Source: Eubacteriales bacterium
GTDB lineage: Bacteria > Bacillota > Clostridia > Saccharofermentanales > DTU023
Reading direction: 5' to 3'
Assembly: GCA_030532065.1 (NCBI GenBank)
Contig: JAUNLW010000001.1
Span: 304,132 to 368,131, forward strand
Length of the DNA: 64,000 nucleotides
Positions 1 to 9,560 of this stretch are shown here, one piece after another (the first letter of the stretch is position 1; each line of letters starts with the position of its first letter). The position numbers and the translations under genes were made by a program. Below the pieces are notes generated by a model. It searched no databases. It had not been told where the DNA came from and saw nothing but the letters and a program-made list of their open reading frames with translations.

Positions 1-374
1 GCTACAAGGCAGAAACCCTGGAACCTGACGAGCATCGCCTGGATTTATATATCTGCCTTAACTATGGTGGCAGAGACGAGATTTTGCGGGCAGTCAAACA
101 CTTGTTCCAAGATCCTGACCATGCTGAGATCATTGCTAATTTACAAGCGGAAGATTTTAGCCGCTATTTTTATTGCCCCGATTTGCCAGACCCGGATCTA
201 ATTATCCGTACGGCAGGGGAGAAGCGTTTATCTAATTTTTGGCTCTGGCAGGCAGCTTATGCCGAGTTTTATGTAACAGAGGTATATTGGCCGGACTTTA
301 GTCGGGCTGATTTTGAGCTTGCCCTGCAAAGTTACTTAGGCCGAGACCGGCGATTTGGTGGCAGGAGGACTTAG
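1..374 (+). CDS. uppS: Undecaprenyl-diphosphate synthase, C-terminal part (5' end outside window)
   Basis: The frame is open from the window edge. The translation contains NYGGRDEI and RTAGEKRLSNFWLWQAAYAEFY, typical C-terminal motifs of cis-prenyltransferases. It sits upstream of cdsA as in Firmicutes. Confidence 0.9.
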   Translation, partial: YKAETLEPDEHRLDLYICLNYGGRDEILRAVKHLFQDPDHAEIIANLQAEDFSRYFYCPDLPDPDLIIRTAGEKRLSNFWLWQAAYAEFYVTEVYWPDFSRADFELALQSYLGRDRRFGGRRT

Positions 375-378
375 TAAG

Positions 379-1293
379 ATGGAAGTCAACAAACAAGTAC
401 AAACACGTGTTACAAGTGCCATATTTTACGGTGCTGTCTTCGTGTTGGCTCTTTTCCTTGCTTACTGGAGACCCTTAGCGGCCTCTTTGCTGTGGCTGGT
501 GCTGGCAAGCTTGATGAGTAAAGAACTGGCCAATCTTCTGGATATCGCGGAAGGTCATCCTGCCCGCTGGATCTTACGTCTGCAAAGTATGAGCTTTTTG
601 CTCTTTATCTTTTATGGTAACGCCTGGACGGGACTCAGCGGTAACGGCATTTTTCGCCCACTACAGCCCATTTTGTCCCGCGACCAGGGACTAATTTTAC
701 TGCTGCTGTTTCTCATATGGCAGATAGTCTGTTCTGTCCTCCAGGTCATAGCTTCTTTTTTAGATGACCCCGAAAATGGTGTGCATAGCGGCATGCGTAA
801 CGTGGTAGGAGGATTCTATCTGTCCTTCCCACTTTTTGCCGCTAATGCCATACTGTTTTTAGTCCCCTATGGTTGGACCTGGCTGGTAGTAGCGCTGGTC
901 ACTCCCTGGGCTTCTGATTCGCTGGCCTGGATGATTGGACGCAAGTATGGCTCAACCAAGGTATTTCCCAGGCTTTCACCCAATAAAAGCCTTGAAGGTT
1001 GTGTAGCAGCCCTTCTGGGTACCGGGGTTCTTTATATTATTTTATATTTCCTGGCTTTGCTGGAAGTTGCTTTGCCTTTCTACTATGTCATGGGTTACGC
1101 AGTCTTGGGCATCTGTGCCTCACTGTTCTGCCAGCTAGGTGACTTGTATGAATCAGCGTTGAAAAGAGCTAAAGGAACTAAGGACAGTGGAGAACTGATC
1201 CCTGGGCACGGAGGTATACTGGATCGTTTTGACTCCAGCCTTTTCCTCTTACCGTTCATGTTCTTAGTACTGGCGATTGGTGAATTTATCTAA
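379..1293 (+). CDS. cdsA: Phosphatidate cytidylyltransferase (CDP-diglyceride synthase)
   Basis: Polytopic membrane protein with the C-terminal signature SxLKRxxGxKDSGxLIPGHGGILDRFDS. I moved the start to ATG 379, behind AGGAGG at 362-367; the ORF track begins at 355. Confidence 0.9.
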   Translation: MEVNKQVQTRVTSAIFYGAVFVLALFLAYWRPLAASLLWLVLASLMSKELANLLDIAEGHPARWILRLQSMSFLLFIFYGNAWTGLSGNGIFRPLQPILSRDQGLILLLLFLIWQIVCSVLQVIASFLDDPENGVHSGMRNVVGGFYLSFPLFAANAILFLVPYGWTWLVVALVTPWASDSLAWMIGRKYGSTKVFPRLSPNKSLEGCVAALLGTGVLYIILYFLALLEVALPFYYVMGYAVLGICASLFCQLGDLYESALKRAKGTKDSGELIPGHGGILDRFDSSLFLLPFMFLVLAIGEFI

Positions 1294-2481
1294 ATGCGCT
1301 CAATTACTATTTTAGGCTCCACAGGTTCTATCGGACGGCAGGCTTTAGACGTCTGCGCCCGGCTTGACTTGTATCCTCGTTATCTTTCCTGTGCTGGGAA
1401 TGTGGAGCTCTTGGCTGAGCAGATCATCCGCTGGCAGCCGGAAAAAGTGGCAGTGAGAGACGAGCAGGCCAAAGCGCGTCTTGAGTCCATCTTAAAAGCC
1501 AAACAGGTAACTGTCCCTGAGATGCTTTGGGGAGAGTCCGGCTTGGCAACTTTAGCCTCTTATTCCGTGGATAGAGTAGTCGTCGCTGTATCGGGTTTTG
1601 CGGCCCTGAAGCCCGTTTACCGTGCCATTATGGCAGGAAATAGTCTAGCTCTTGCCAATAAAGAATGTGTGGTTGTGGCGGGTGACTGGCTCTTGCCCTT
1701 AGCTCAAAAACAGAGCGTGAGTATTTATCCCGTTGACAGTGAGCATTCAGCTATTTGGCAATGTTTGGCGGCTAGCCCACTTGGATCTTTACGTAAGATC
1801 TATTTGACCGGATCGGGTGGACCTTTCCTGTATCATAAACCGGAGGAATTGACCCACATCACGCCAGAAGAAGCTCTGGTCCATCCCTTGTGGAATATGG
1901 GGGCCAAGATTTCCATAGATTCTGCCACCATGTTTAACAAAGGTCTGGAATTGATTGAGGCTATGCGACTATTCGGCGTAGAGGAAGAGCAGGTCGAGAT
2001 CTTGATCCATCCGGAAGGGGTAGTCCATTCAGGTGTGGAATTTCATGATGGATCTATCTTGGCTCAAATGGGTAGAGCGGACATGCGACTGCCTATCCAA
2101 TTGGCGCTGACCTGGCCTCAGCGTGTCGATAGCGGCCTCAAGCCGTTTAATTTTTTTGAAGCCGGTAAAAAGCGGACTCTGACCTTTTTGGAGCCTGACC
2201 CTGAGCGCTTTCCAGCTTTAAGCCTGGCGCGCCAGGTAGCCCGTATGAAAGGCTACGCACCCTTAGTCATGAATGCAGCCAATGAAGTCGCGGTTCAGGC
2301 TTTCCTGCAAGGGAAACTGGGCTTTACTGAGATCTATCCTCTGGTGGAGCAGGCTGTCCGCCAGTTTGAACAAGAAGTGGCGGTAGAATATCCTGAGCTT
2401 AGCAAGACAGATAAAGCGCTCGATTCTATGATAAAATACGATGCTCAGGTGAGAGTCTGGACTGATTCTCAGATAAGATAA
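1294..2481 (+). CDS. dxr: 1-deoxy-D-xylulose-5-phosphate reductoisomerase
   Basis: N-terminal ILGSTGSIGRQALDV NADPH-binding motif, plus LANKE, DSEHSA and NKGLE motifs. uppS-cdsA-dxr synteny. Confidence 0.95.
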   Translation: MRSITILGSTGSIGRQALDVCARLDLYPRYLSCAGNVELLAEQIIRWQPEKVAVRDEQAKARLESILKAKQVTVPEMLWGESGLATLASYSVDRVVVAVSGFAALKPVYRAIMAGNSLALANKECVVVAGDWLLPLAQKQSVSIYPVDSEHSAIWQCLAASPLGSLRKIYLTGSGGPFLYHKPEELTHITPEEALVHPLWNMGAKISIDSATMFNKGLELIEAMRLFGVEEEQVEILIHPEGVVHSGVEFHDGSILAQMGRADMRLPIQLALTWPQRVDSGLKPFNFFEAGKKRTLTFLEPDPERFPALSLARQVARMKGYAPLVMNAANEVAVQAFLQGKLGFTEIYPLVEQAVRQFEQEVAVEYPELSKTDKALDSMIKYDAQVRVWTDSQIR

Positions 2482-2550
2482 ACCGTATTTTTCGGTCAAG
2501 GCTGACCTTTGTTATACTACTTTTTGACTACAAATATTTAAGAGGTATCC

Positions 2551-3918
2551 ATGGGAACTTTTCTAGGAATTTTGGTGGGTCTGCTCGTCCTTAGTGTGAT
2601 GATGCTGGTCCACGAATTAGGCCACTTCTTAGCCGGTAAGGCACTTGGCTTTAAAATAATCTCCTTCAACTTATTTATGGGCCCTGTGCTCTGGAAAAAG
2701 ATCGGCAAAGACGGCGTAGCCTACACGATCCGACTTATTCCTATGGGCGCGTCCGTAGAATTTGCCGGGGAAGACTCTGGCATAAACGAGTTGCCGGAAC
2801 AGGGCGCATCTGAAGCTCCAAAGGAGCAAGACGAGAGACCTATCTTCGCGGCGGATGATCCGGGCTTATTCTTCAATCGCCCCAAATGGGCACGCGCCAT
2901 CGTAGTGGCCATGGGGCCTTTGGTCAATTTTGTAACTGCGGCTTTGGCTTTTATTATCTTGTTCTCAGCCTTTGGTGGGACAAACTTACCGAAGATCGGT
3001 CAGGTAGTGGAGGGAACAGCCGGTTATGAGGCAGGCCTTCGAGAAGGTGATCGTATTTTATCTATCAATGGCTATGGCATCTCAACTGCCATGGACTTTA
3101 ATATGGCCACGGCTTTTGATCCACAGGAGGTAGATGATTATCGGATTAGAAGACCGAATGGCGAAGAAGTAAATCTCCTCGTCAAAAAAGAATATGAGGA
3201 TCGCTATCGCCTGGGTATCAGCTACACCCCACGTGAAGATGGACGCATGATCGTAGGCGCGGTAGATCCCAATTCTAACGGCGGTAATCCGGTACTCAAA
3301 GCAGAAGATGAGATCCTCAGCATTAATGGAGTCTCCGTACAGGATCCGAAAGCCTTCACGGCCAATATTGACCAGAAGCAGGCGCAAAGCATTGAAGTGG
3401 AGATTTTGCGCGATCAAGAGAAGATGACGGTGGAGATGCAAACAGTCTTCTTCCGTGACAGCAAAGATCCTGGCATTTATTTGGCTGTAAGTGATAAGTT
3501 TGGTGATTGTCTGCAGCAGGGACTGGTTTACCCGTATTCTGTAGTCAAATCTACGATTAAGGGTTTAGGCATGATGTTCTCCGGCGATATCAAAGCCAAA
3601 GACGGCCTAACCGGCCCAATCGGTATCGTGAGCATGGTTGGCGGTGTGGTTAACGAAGAAGTAGACGTAGCCGCTAAAGTTTCCCAGTTACTCATGCTGT
3701 TTGGCCTGATCTCAGTTGCGGTAGGTTTTACCAACCTTTTGCCCATTCCGCCCTTTGATGGCTTCCATCTCCTGATTTTATTGATCGAGGGCATCAGCCG
3801 CAAAGATATACCGGAAAAAGTTAAAGACGGCTTCTCAACAGTAGGCATTATTTTACTCTTATTGTTAGTTGCCTATGTTTTCTATATCGATATAGCTCGA
3901 CTAATAGCGGCTAGATAG
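2551..3918 (+). CDS. rseP: RIP site-2 zinc metalloprotease (RseP/RasP family) with PDZ domains
   Basis: HELGH in the first TM helix, a central PDZ-like region (GDRILSINGYGI and EILSINGVSV), and a C-terminal LLPIPPFDG motif. Confidence 0.9.
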   Translation: MGTFLGILVGLLVLSVMMLVHELGHFLAGKALGFKIISFNLFMGPVLWKKIGKDGVAYTIRLIPMGASVEFAGEDSGINELPEQGASEAPKEQDERPIFAADDPGLFFNRPKWARAIVVAMGPLVNFVTAALAFIILFSAFGGTNLPKIGQVVEGTAGYEAGLREGDRILSINGYGISTAMDFNMATAFDPQEVDDYRIRRPNGEEVNLLVKKEYEDRYRLGISYTPREDGRMIVGAVDPNSNGGNPVLKAEDEILSINGVSVQDPKAFTANIDQKQAQSIEVEILRDQEKMTVEMQTVFFRDSKDPGIYLAVSDKFGDCLQQGLVYPYSVVKSTIKGLGMMFSGDIKAKDGLTGPIGIVSMVGGVVNEEVDVAAKVSQLLMLFGLISVAVGFTNLLPIPPFDGFHLLILLIEGISRKDIPEKVKDGFSTVGIILLLLLVAYVFYIDIARLIAAR

Positions 3919-3926
3919 GAGAGAGT

Positions 3927-4994
3927 TTGAGCATTCAGCGTCGCGCAAGCAGACAGATTTTAGTGGGATCGGTAGCGGTAGGAGCAGGCGCGCCCGTTGT
4001 GGTGCAATCCATGAACTCCAGCCCCATTCTTAATGTGGAGGCTAATCTGGAGGAATTGGAGTGCCTGGCCCAGACCGGCTGTGAGCTCTCTCGGCTGGCT
4101 GTGCCCAACAGCCGTGCGGTAGAAGCCTTTCGTGAGATCGCTGAACGCTCGCCCCTGCCTTTAGTGGCAGACATCCACTTTGACTATCGCCTGGCTTTAG
4201 GCGCTCTGGATGCCGGCGCAGCCGCTTTGCGCCTTAACCCCGGTAATATCCACGACCAGGAAGGCCTCAAGCAGGTAGCCCGTCGAGCCAAAACCAAGGG
4301 TATTCCCATTCGCGTGGGCGTGAATTCCGGTTCTTTGGACCCAAAGATCATTGCTGCCTGCGGAGGCGTTAATTGTGACGCTATGGTGCAGTCTGCTTTG
4401 GAGGCTGTTTCGCTCTTGGAAGAGCAGGGATTTGCAGACATTTGTCTTTCTCTCAAAGCCTCCAACCCACTCTTGATGATTGAATCCAACCTTAAGATAG
4501 CCGCGCTCTGCGATTATCCCCTGCACCTCGGCCTAACTGAAGCAGGACCGCCAAAAACCGGCATCATCAGATCTATAGCAGCTTTGTCTCCGCTCTTATA
4601 CGCGGGCGTGGGTGATACCATTCGCATCTCTTTGACCGCTGATCCGGTGGAAGAAGTAAAGGTAGCCTGGGAGCTGCTCAAGAGTTTGGAGTTGAGACAA
4701 AGGGGACCGAAGCTGATTTCCTGCCCCGGCTGCGGCAGAACAGAAGTTGATATCCGGCCCATGGCTGAAAGAGTGGCTGATTATCTCAGTGGTATTTCTC
4801 AAGATCTAACGGTAGCGGTAATGGGCTGCGCGGTTAACGGACCGGGCGAAGCCAGGGAAGCGGACTTGGGCCTGGCCGGTGGTCACGAAGAATTCCTCGT
4901 TTTCAAAAAAGGAGAGATTATCGGCAAGTACCCGGAAAATGAGGCTTTTGAAGTGCTCTGTCGTTTGATTGATCAAACAGCAGGTGAGAACTGA
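3927..4994 (+). CDS. ispG: 4-hydroxy-3-methylbut-2-en-1-yl diphosphate synthase
   Basis: TTG start behind AGGAGAG. Contains VQSM, IHFDYRLA, RxNPGN, the Fe-S cysteines CPGCGR and GCAVNGPGE. Confidence 0.92.
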   Translation: MSIQRRASRQILVGSVAVGAGAPVVVQSMNSSPILNVEANLEELECLAQTGCELSRLAVPNSRAVEAFREIAERSPLPLVADIHFDYRLALGALDAGAAALRLNPGNIHDQEGLKQVARRAKTKGIPIRVGVNSGSLDPKIIAACGGVNCDAMVQSALEAVSLLEEQGFADICLSLKASNPLLMIESNLKIAALCDYPLHLGLTEAGPPKTGIIRSIAALSPLLYAGVGDTIRISLTADPVEEVKVAWELLKSLELRQRGPKLISCPGCGRTEVDIRPMAERVADYLSGISQDLTVAVMGCAVNGPGEAREADLGLAGGHEEFLVFKKGEIIGKYPENEAFEVLCRLIDQTAGEN

Positions 4995-7900
4995 TGACTT
5001 CTCCGGTTTGCTTAAGTATTTTCTTTAAGACCCTTGCTCCGGAAAGAAATGATTTTCCTGCTTGGCGTCCTTCGCTTCGCAAGGTGGCACCTCAAAATGG
5101 GCCGGAAAATCTTCTGATCATGGATTTGGACTGCCAGGATGAAGATTTCTCTTGGCAGGAATTGATCACCAGCGAGAGCCTATTTGAAGAGGTCCTGGAT
5201 TACCCGGACCTGGCTTTTCGCTTGCATTTTCCGACTGACAGCCAGCGACCGGAGCTTAAGGATCCCGTCGGACTGGAGGCCTGGATCAAACGCCATGCTA
5301 AAGCCTGTAATGCTATCGAACACGACCTTTTTTGCCAGGGGCGTATTGAGAGTCTTTCTGAAAGCAGCTTAATTTGGCAGCTGCCGGCTGCCGCTTACCA
5401 AATCTTATTATTCCAGAAGTTTTCCTGGTTACAGGACTTTTGTCAGGCCTTGTTCCCGGAAGCTCCGCTTATCCGCCTGGTAGCGGCACCGGAACCTGTA
5501 GATTTAGACTCTTGCCGTGTAGGTCAAGAACTGTTGGAGCATGAGGCCCTGCTGGCCAAACGACATGTAGCGCCCCCACCACCGCCAAAGACTAGGACTT
5601 CTGGCAAAACAGCGGCTACTGCCGCTGCTGATGGCTTTATTTGGGGCAAGAAGAAACCCCGTGAGACAGCTATAGTCAAACTGGAAGATCTTAGCCCGGA
5701 CACGGACTTTGTGCGCTGCCGAGGCCAAGTGGATGAGCTGGAGGCTCGCCAAACCAAATCCGGCAGATATCTGGTGCGCTTTATTTTAGTTGAGGGAAAA
5801 TCAGCTCTGCGCTGTCTAATTTGGGCCAAGCCCGAAGAAGTAGAAGAACTCATGGCCGGTCTGGATTCAGTTTACGTTGAAATAACCGGTTTCCTGGAAT
5901 GGAATGAACGCTTTGAGCAGGACTTCCAATGCCGGGTCGATTCGATTTTTAAAACGGAAGAACCGGTTGATACAAAAATCGATACTGCTGAAGAAAAAAG
6001 GGTAGAACTGCATTTACACACCAAATTCTCCGCCAAGGATGCCTGCTCCAGCCCCTCGGATCTGGTAATGGCAGCGGCCAGGTACGGACATCCCGCGGTG
6101 GCGATTACTGACCATGGTGTGGTGCAGGCCTTCCCAGAAGCTCAGTCCGCTAGAGATAAACTGGCGCGGCAAGGTAAGGATATAAAGCTTATTTTTGGTC
6201 TGGAGGGCTATCTGGTCGACGATGGACCAACTGTCTTTTTGACTGCGGAAGAAGCCCACTACGAACGCTGTCAAGCCATAGCCGCCCTGGCCATTGACTA
6301 CCAGTCTGCTTCTGTGGGAGAAGATCTCTTTGGCGCTAGAAGAGACCTCGCTCTGGGAAAGCGAGAACTCAAAGCCTGCTACGCCTTAAAGCAAGCCTTC
6401 TCAGATGGAGAAGCCAGGGGTCAGCTTCAATACATCTTGTTGGAGCCAGATCGAGAAATAGAGAATGCTTATTCACTGAACCAAGGTACTGTCATCAATG
6501 CGCAAGGCGCTAAAAATTCTTCTGGTGATTTTCAAACAATTGACAGGCGCTCCGGCCTGGATAGAAAAGAAGCCTTGCGAGAACTCAGCCACTTTTTAAA
6601 AGATGCAGCCTTAGTCAGCCGTTTTGACCTGGACGATCTTACCAGCCTGCGAAGTTGGGGCTTTCAAGTTGAAGACCATGAGTCGCGCATCAAGTTTAAT
6701 CCTGCCTTCCTGGACCTGGCTGCCCTGAGCCGGCTAAAAGACTGGTCCGAATTAGATCTTAGCTCGGAAGAAGCGCGGGAAGTCGAAAAGATTCGCTCTC
6801 ATATTCCCTATGTTTCCCAAGCTTCAGCAAGTACCTTTGCCGAGGAAGTCTGGCCCGCTTTAGCCTGCCAGCTAAGACTGGTAAAGAAATATTTCCAGAC
6901 AACAGAAATAAAAAGCTGGCGAGAACTCAATCAGCATTGTGGCCATTTGGATTTCGAGCAACGTAAAGCTATGAAGGCCAAGAGCACCCATATTGTGCTC
7001 CTTGCCAATAACAATGTGGGACTTTACCATCTATACCGCCTGGTATCACTTGCGCACCTGGAAGAGTTCTACTTTAAGCCTCGTATTGCCTTATCTAAAC
7101 TGCGCTATTTCCGCGCCGGCCTCACCGCAGGCTCTGCCTGTGTCATGGGGGAGGTATTCTCCGCAGTATTAAAGGCCTATCGCGCGTCTGGGTCTGATTA
7201 CCAGAAAACCGTGGAGAGCTTTGCGACTCTTGAGTGGAAGGAGCGCTCTCAGCGTTATGACTACCTGGAGATCCAACCTCTGGCCAATAATGATTTCCTC
7301 TTGACTAGGGAAGATAGCGGTGTACTCAGCAAAGAAGATCTGCGTGACTTAAATCGTCTGGTGCTGGAGTTGGGAAAACTCTATGATCGTCCGGTCTGCG
7401 CCACCTGCGACGTGCACTTTTTAGCGGAAAATGACGGCATATACCGCAACATTCTCATCTCCAACATGGGCTTTGGTGAGAGCGAAGAAGAGCAGGCTCC
7501 GCTCTATCTGCGTACTACCGATGAGATGCTGCAGGAATTCTCCTATCTGGGAGAGGAAAAGGCCTTTGAGTGCGTTGTTACTAACACCCAGGCAGTAGCA
7601 GACCTGGTTGAGCCTCAGATGCGGGCTTTCCCTGAAGGCTCCTATCCACCGGAAGTTGAGCACTCAGCAGATAACCTGAGGCGGGTAGCCTACGAAAACG
7701 CTCTCAGGCAGTACGGCCGAGATGATAAATTGCCCGAGGATATCCAAAGCCGTCTGGAACAGGAATTAAGTTCCGTAATTGATAACGGCTACGCCGTCAT
7801 GTACGATATCGCACGCCGCATGGTCACCAAATCTAATGAAGATGGCTACAGTGTGGGTTCACGTGGTTCAGTAGGTTCTTCTGTTTTGGCTACCTTCCTA

Positions 7901-9547
7901 GGTATTTCCGAAGTAAACCCCCTGCCACCGCACTATATCTGCGAAAACTGCCATTACTATGAGGTAGATCAATCAGGCAAATATGGCTCAGGCTTTGATC
8001 TTCCGGACAAAGTCTGCCCGGAGTGTGGTCACCGTCTAAAGCGAGATGGCCAGGATATTCCTTTTGCTACCTTTCTAGGTTTTAGTGGCAATAAACAGCC
8101 GGATATCGATTTGAACTTCTCCGGTGAATACCAACCTAGAGCGCATGCTTACCTGGAAGAAATGTTTGGTCAGGACCATACTTTTCGCGCCGGCACGGTT
8201 TCCAGCTACGGCGGCAAGAAGGCAGTAGAAGAAGTTTATAACTACTGTCAGGACCACGAGTTAAATCTGGGCGCCAATAACCAGCGTTGCCTGGCCAAAG
8301 GTCTTGAAGGTATCAAGATCTCTACCGGCCAGCACCCCGGGGGTATTGTGGTAATTCCTGATGACTGGGAGATCTATGACTTTACGCCCGTACAGTACCC
8401 GGCCAATAAAAATGAGAAGGGAATAATCACCACCCACTTCGACTTCCATGCCTTAGAAGAAACTATCCTTAAGATCGATGCCCTGGGCCATGATGATCCC
8501 ACCATGCTTAAGTATTTGAGTGACTATACCGGTGTAGCTATTGAAGATATCCCCATCCCAGATGAGCGTGTAATGCAGCTCTTCCAGACTACAGCAGCTA
8601 TTGGTATCGATCCGGAAGAGTCTACCATCGGCAGCGCGACTATAGGATTGCCCGAAGTTGGTACGACCATGGCCAGGAACATGATCAAAGAGACTCAGCC
8701 CAGCAGCTTCTTTGACCTGGTCCAGTTATCCGGCCTGTCTCACGGTACCGGCGTGTGGAAGGGTAACGCGCAGGACCTTATCGCGAGTGGAACCTGTACG
8801 ATCAATGATGTTATCGGTTGCCGTGACTCTATTATGAATACTCTCATTTATGCTGGCTTGGATCCAGAAATGGCCTTTAAGATCATGGAGACAGTGCGAA
8901 AGGGACGAGATCTCAAACCAGAGCAAATTGAGGCCATGCGCCAGCATGATCTGCCGGACTGGTATCTGGATTCCTGCAAAAAGATCCAGTATCTTTTCCC
9001 TAAAGCTCACGCCGCCGCCTACTCGATCTCGACCCAGCGTGTGGCTTACTTTAAGGTCTACTATCCTGAGGCTTTCTATAGTGTCTGGTTTACTATCAGA
9101 GGGGACGGTGTCTTCAGTCAGGAAGACCACCTTATCTCTCCGGAAGCAATCAAGGCTCGACGCCTGGAACAAAGCCGCGCTTCAGTCAGACTGGATGATC
9201 GCGATTTGAAAAAGTTCTTCTGCCTGGAACTGATTGAAGAAATGCAGGCCAGAGGTATCAATTTCCTGCCCTTAGACCTGGAAAAGTCGGACGCTCACAA
9301 GTTCTACAGCCCAGAACCGGGATTTATCCGTCCACCTCTGGATGTAATCCATGGTATATCTACCTCCATGGCCAAGATTATTACCGAGGCCAGAGATTCA
9401 GGTGAACCTTTCCGTAATATAGACGAGCTGCGGCAGAGAGCAAATCTTGGTGATTCTGCTATCAATAACCTCAGAGCGGCTGGGGTCCTGGACCACTTGC
9501 CGGAAAGCGCTCAGATCAGCCTCTTCGAAATGGCCGATATGTCCTAG
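4994..9547 (+). CDS. polC: DNA polymerase III alpha subunit, Gram-positive PolC type (exonuclease motifs appear degenerate, see findings)
   Basis: 1517 aa. Has an OB-fold region, a split PHP domain (HLHTKFSAKDA, ITDHG), a Zn module (CENCHYY...CPECGH) and polymerase core motifs (DIDLNFS, GQHPGG, KIDALGHD, FPKAHAAAY). The start overlaps the ispG stop (ATGA). Confidence 0.93.
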   Translation: MTSPVCLSIFFKTLAPERNDFPAWRPSLRKVAPQNGPENLLIMDLDCQDEDFSWQELITSESLFEEVLDYPDLAFRLHFPTDSQRPELKDPVGLEAWIKRHAKACNAIEHDLFCQGRIESLSESSLIWQLPAAAYQILLFQKFSWLQDFCQALFPEAPLIRLVAAPEPVDLDSCRVGQELLEHEALLAKRHVAPPPPPKTRTSGKTAATAAADGFIWGKKKPRETAIVKLEDLSPDTDFVRCRGQVDELEARQTKSGRYLVRFILVEGKSALRCLIWAKPEEVEELMAGLDSVYVEITGFLEWNERFEQDFQCRVDSIFKTEEPVDTKIDTAEEKRVELHLHTKFSAKDACSSPSDLVMAAARYGHPAVAITDHGVVQAFPEAQSARDKLARQGKDIKLIFGLEGYLVDDGPTVFLTAEEAHYERCQAIAALAIDYQSASVGEDLFGARRDLALGKRELKACYALKQAFSDGEARGQLQYILLEPDREIENAYSLNQGTVINAQGAKNSSGDFQTIDRRSGLDRKEALRELSHFLKDAALVSRFDLDDLTSLRSWGFQVEDHESRIKFNPAFLDLAALSRLKDWSELDLSSEEAREVEKIRSHIPYVSQASASTFAEEVWPALACQLRLVKKYFQTTEIKSWRELNQHCGHLDFEQRKAMKAKSTHIVLLANNNVGLYHLYRLVSLAHLEEFYFKPRIALSKLRYFRAGLTAGSACVMGEVFSAVLKAYRASGSDYQKTVESFATLEWKERSQRYDYLEIQPLANNDFLLTREDSGVLSKEDLRDLNRLVLELGKLYDRPVCATCDVHFLAENDGIYRNILISNMGFGESEEEQAPLYLRTTDEMLQEFSYLGEEKAFECVVTNTQAVADLVEPQMRAFPEGSYPPEVEHSADNLRRVAYENALRQYGRDDKLPEDIQSRLEQELSSVIDNGYAVMYDIARRMVTKSNEDGYSVGSRGSVGSSVLATFLGISEVNPLPPHYICENCHYYEVDQSGKYGSGFDLPDKVCPECGHRLKRDGQDIPFATFLGFSGNKQPDIDLNFSGEYQPRAHAYLEEMFGQDHTFRAGTVSSYGGKKAVEEVYNYCQDHELNLGANNQRCLAKGLEGIKISTGQHPGGIVVIPDDWEIYDFTPVQYPANKNEKGIITTHFDFHALEETILKIDALGHDDPTMLKYLSDYTGVAIEDIPIPDERVMQLFQTTAAIGIDPEESTIGSATIGLPEVGTTMARNMIKETQPSSFFDLVQLSGLSHGTGVWKGNAQDLIASGTCTINDVIGCRDSIMNTLIYAGLDPEMAFKIMETVRKGRDLKPEQIEAMRQHDLPDWYLDSCKKIQYLFPKAHAAAYSISTQRVAYFKVYYPEAFYSVWFTIRGDGVFSQEDHLISPEAIKARRLEQSRASVRLDDRDLKKFFCLELIEEMQARGINFLPLDLEKSDAHKFYSPEPGFIRPPLDVIHGISTSMAKIITEARDSGEPFRNIDELRQRANLGDSAINNLRAAGVLDHLPESAQISLFEMADMS

Positions 9548-9560
9548 GGGAGGCACGGCT

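Noticed and set aside
9447-9560. Upstream extensions of ORF-track entries (priA 9447, rpe 20423, der 31479, typA 32857, ydbC-like 36532, argS 58026, ppx 53260, pirin 51198, tmcAL to 24637)
   Set aside because: The extensions overlap the preceding gene or lack an RBS. Internal ATGs preceded by Shine-Dalgarno sequences match the conserved N-termini of the families.
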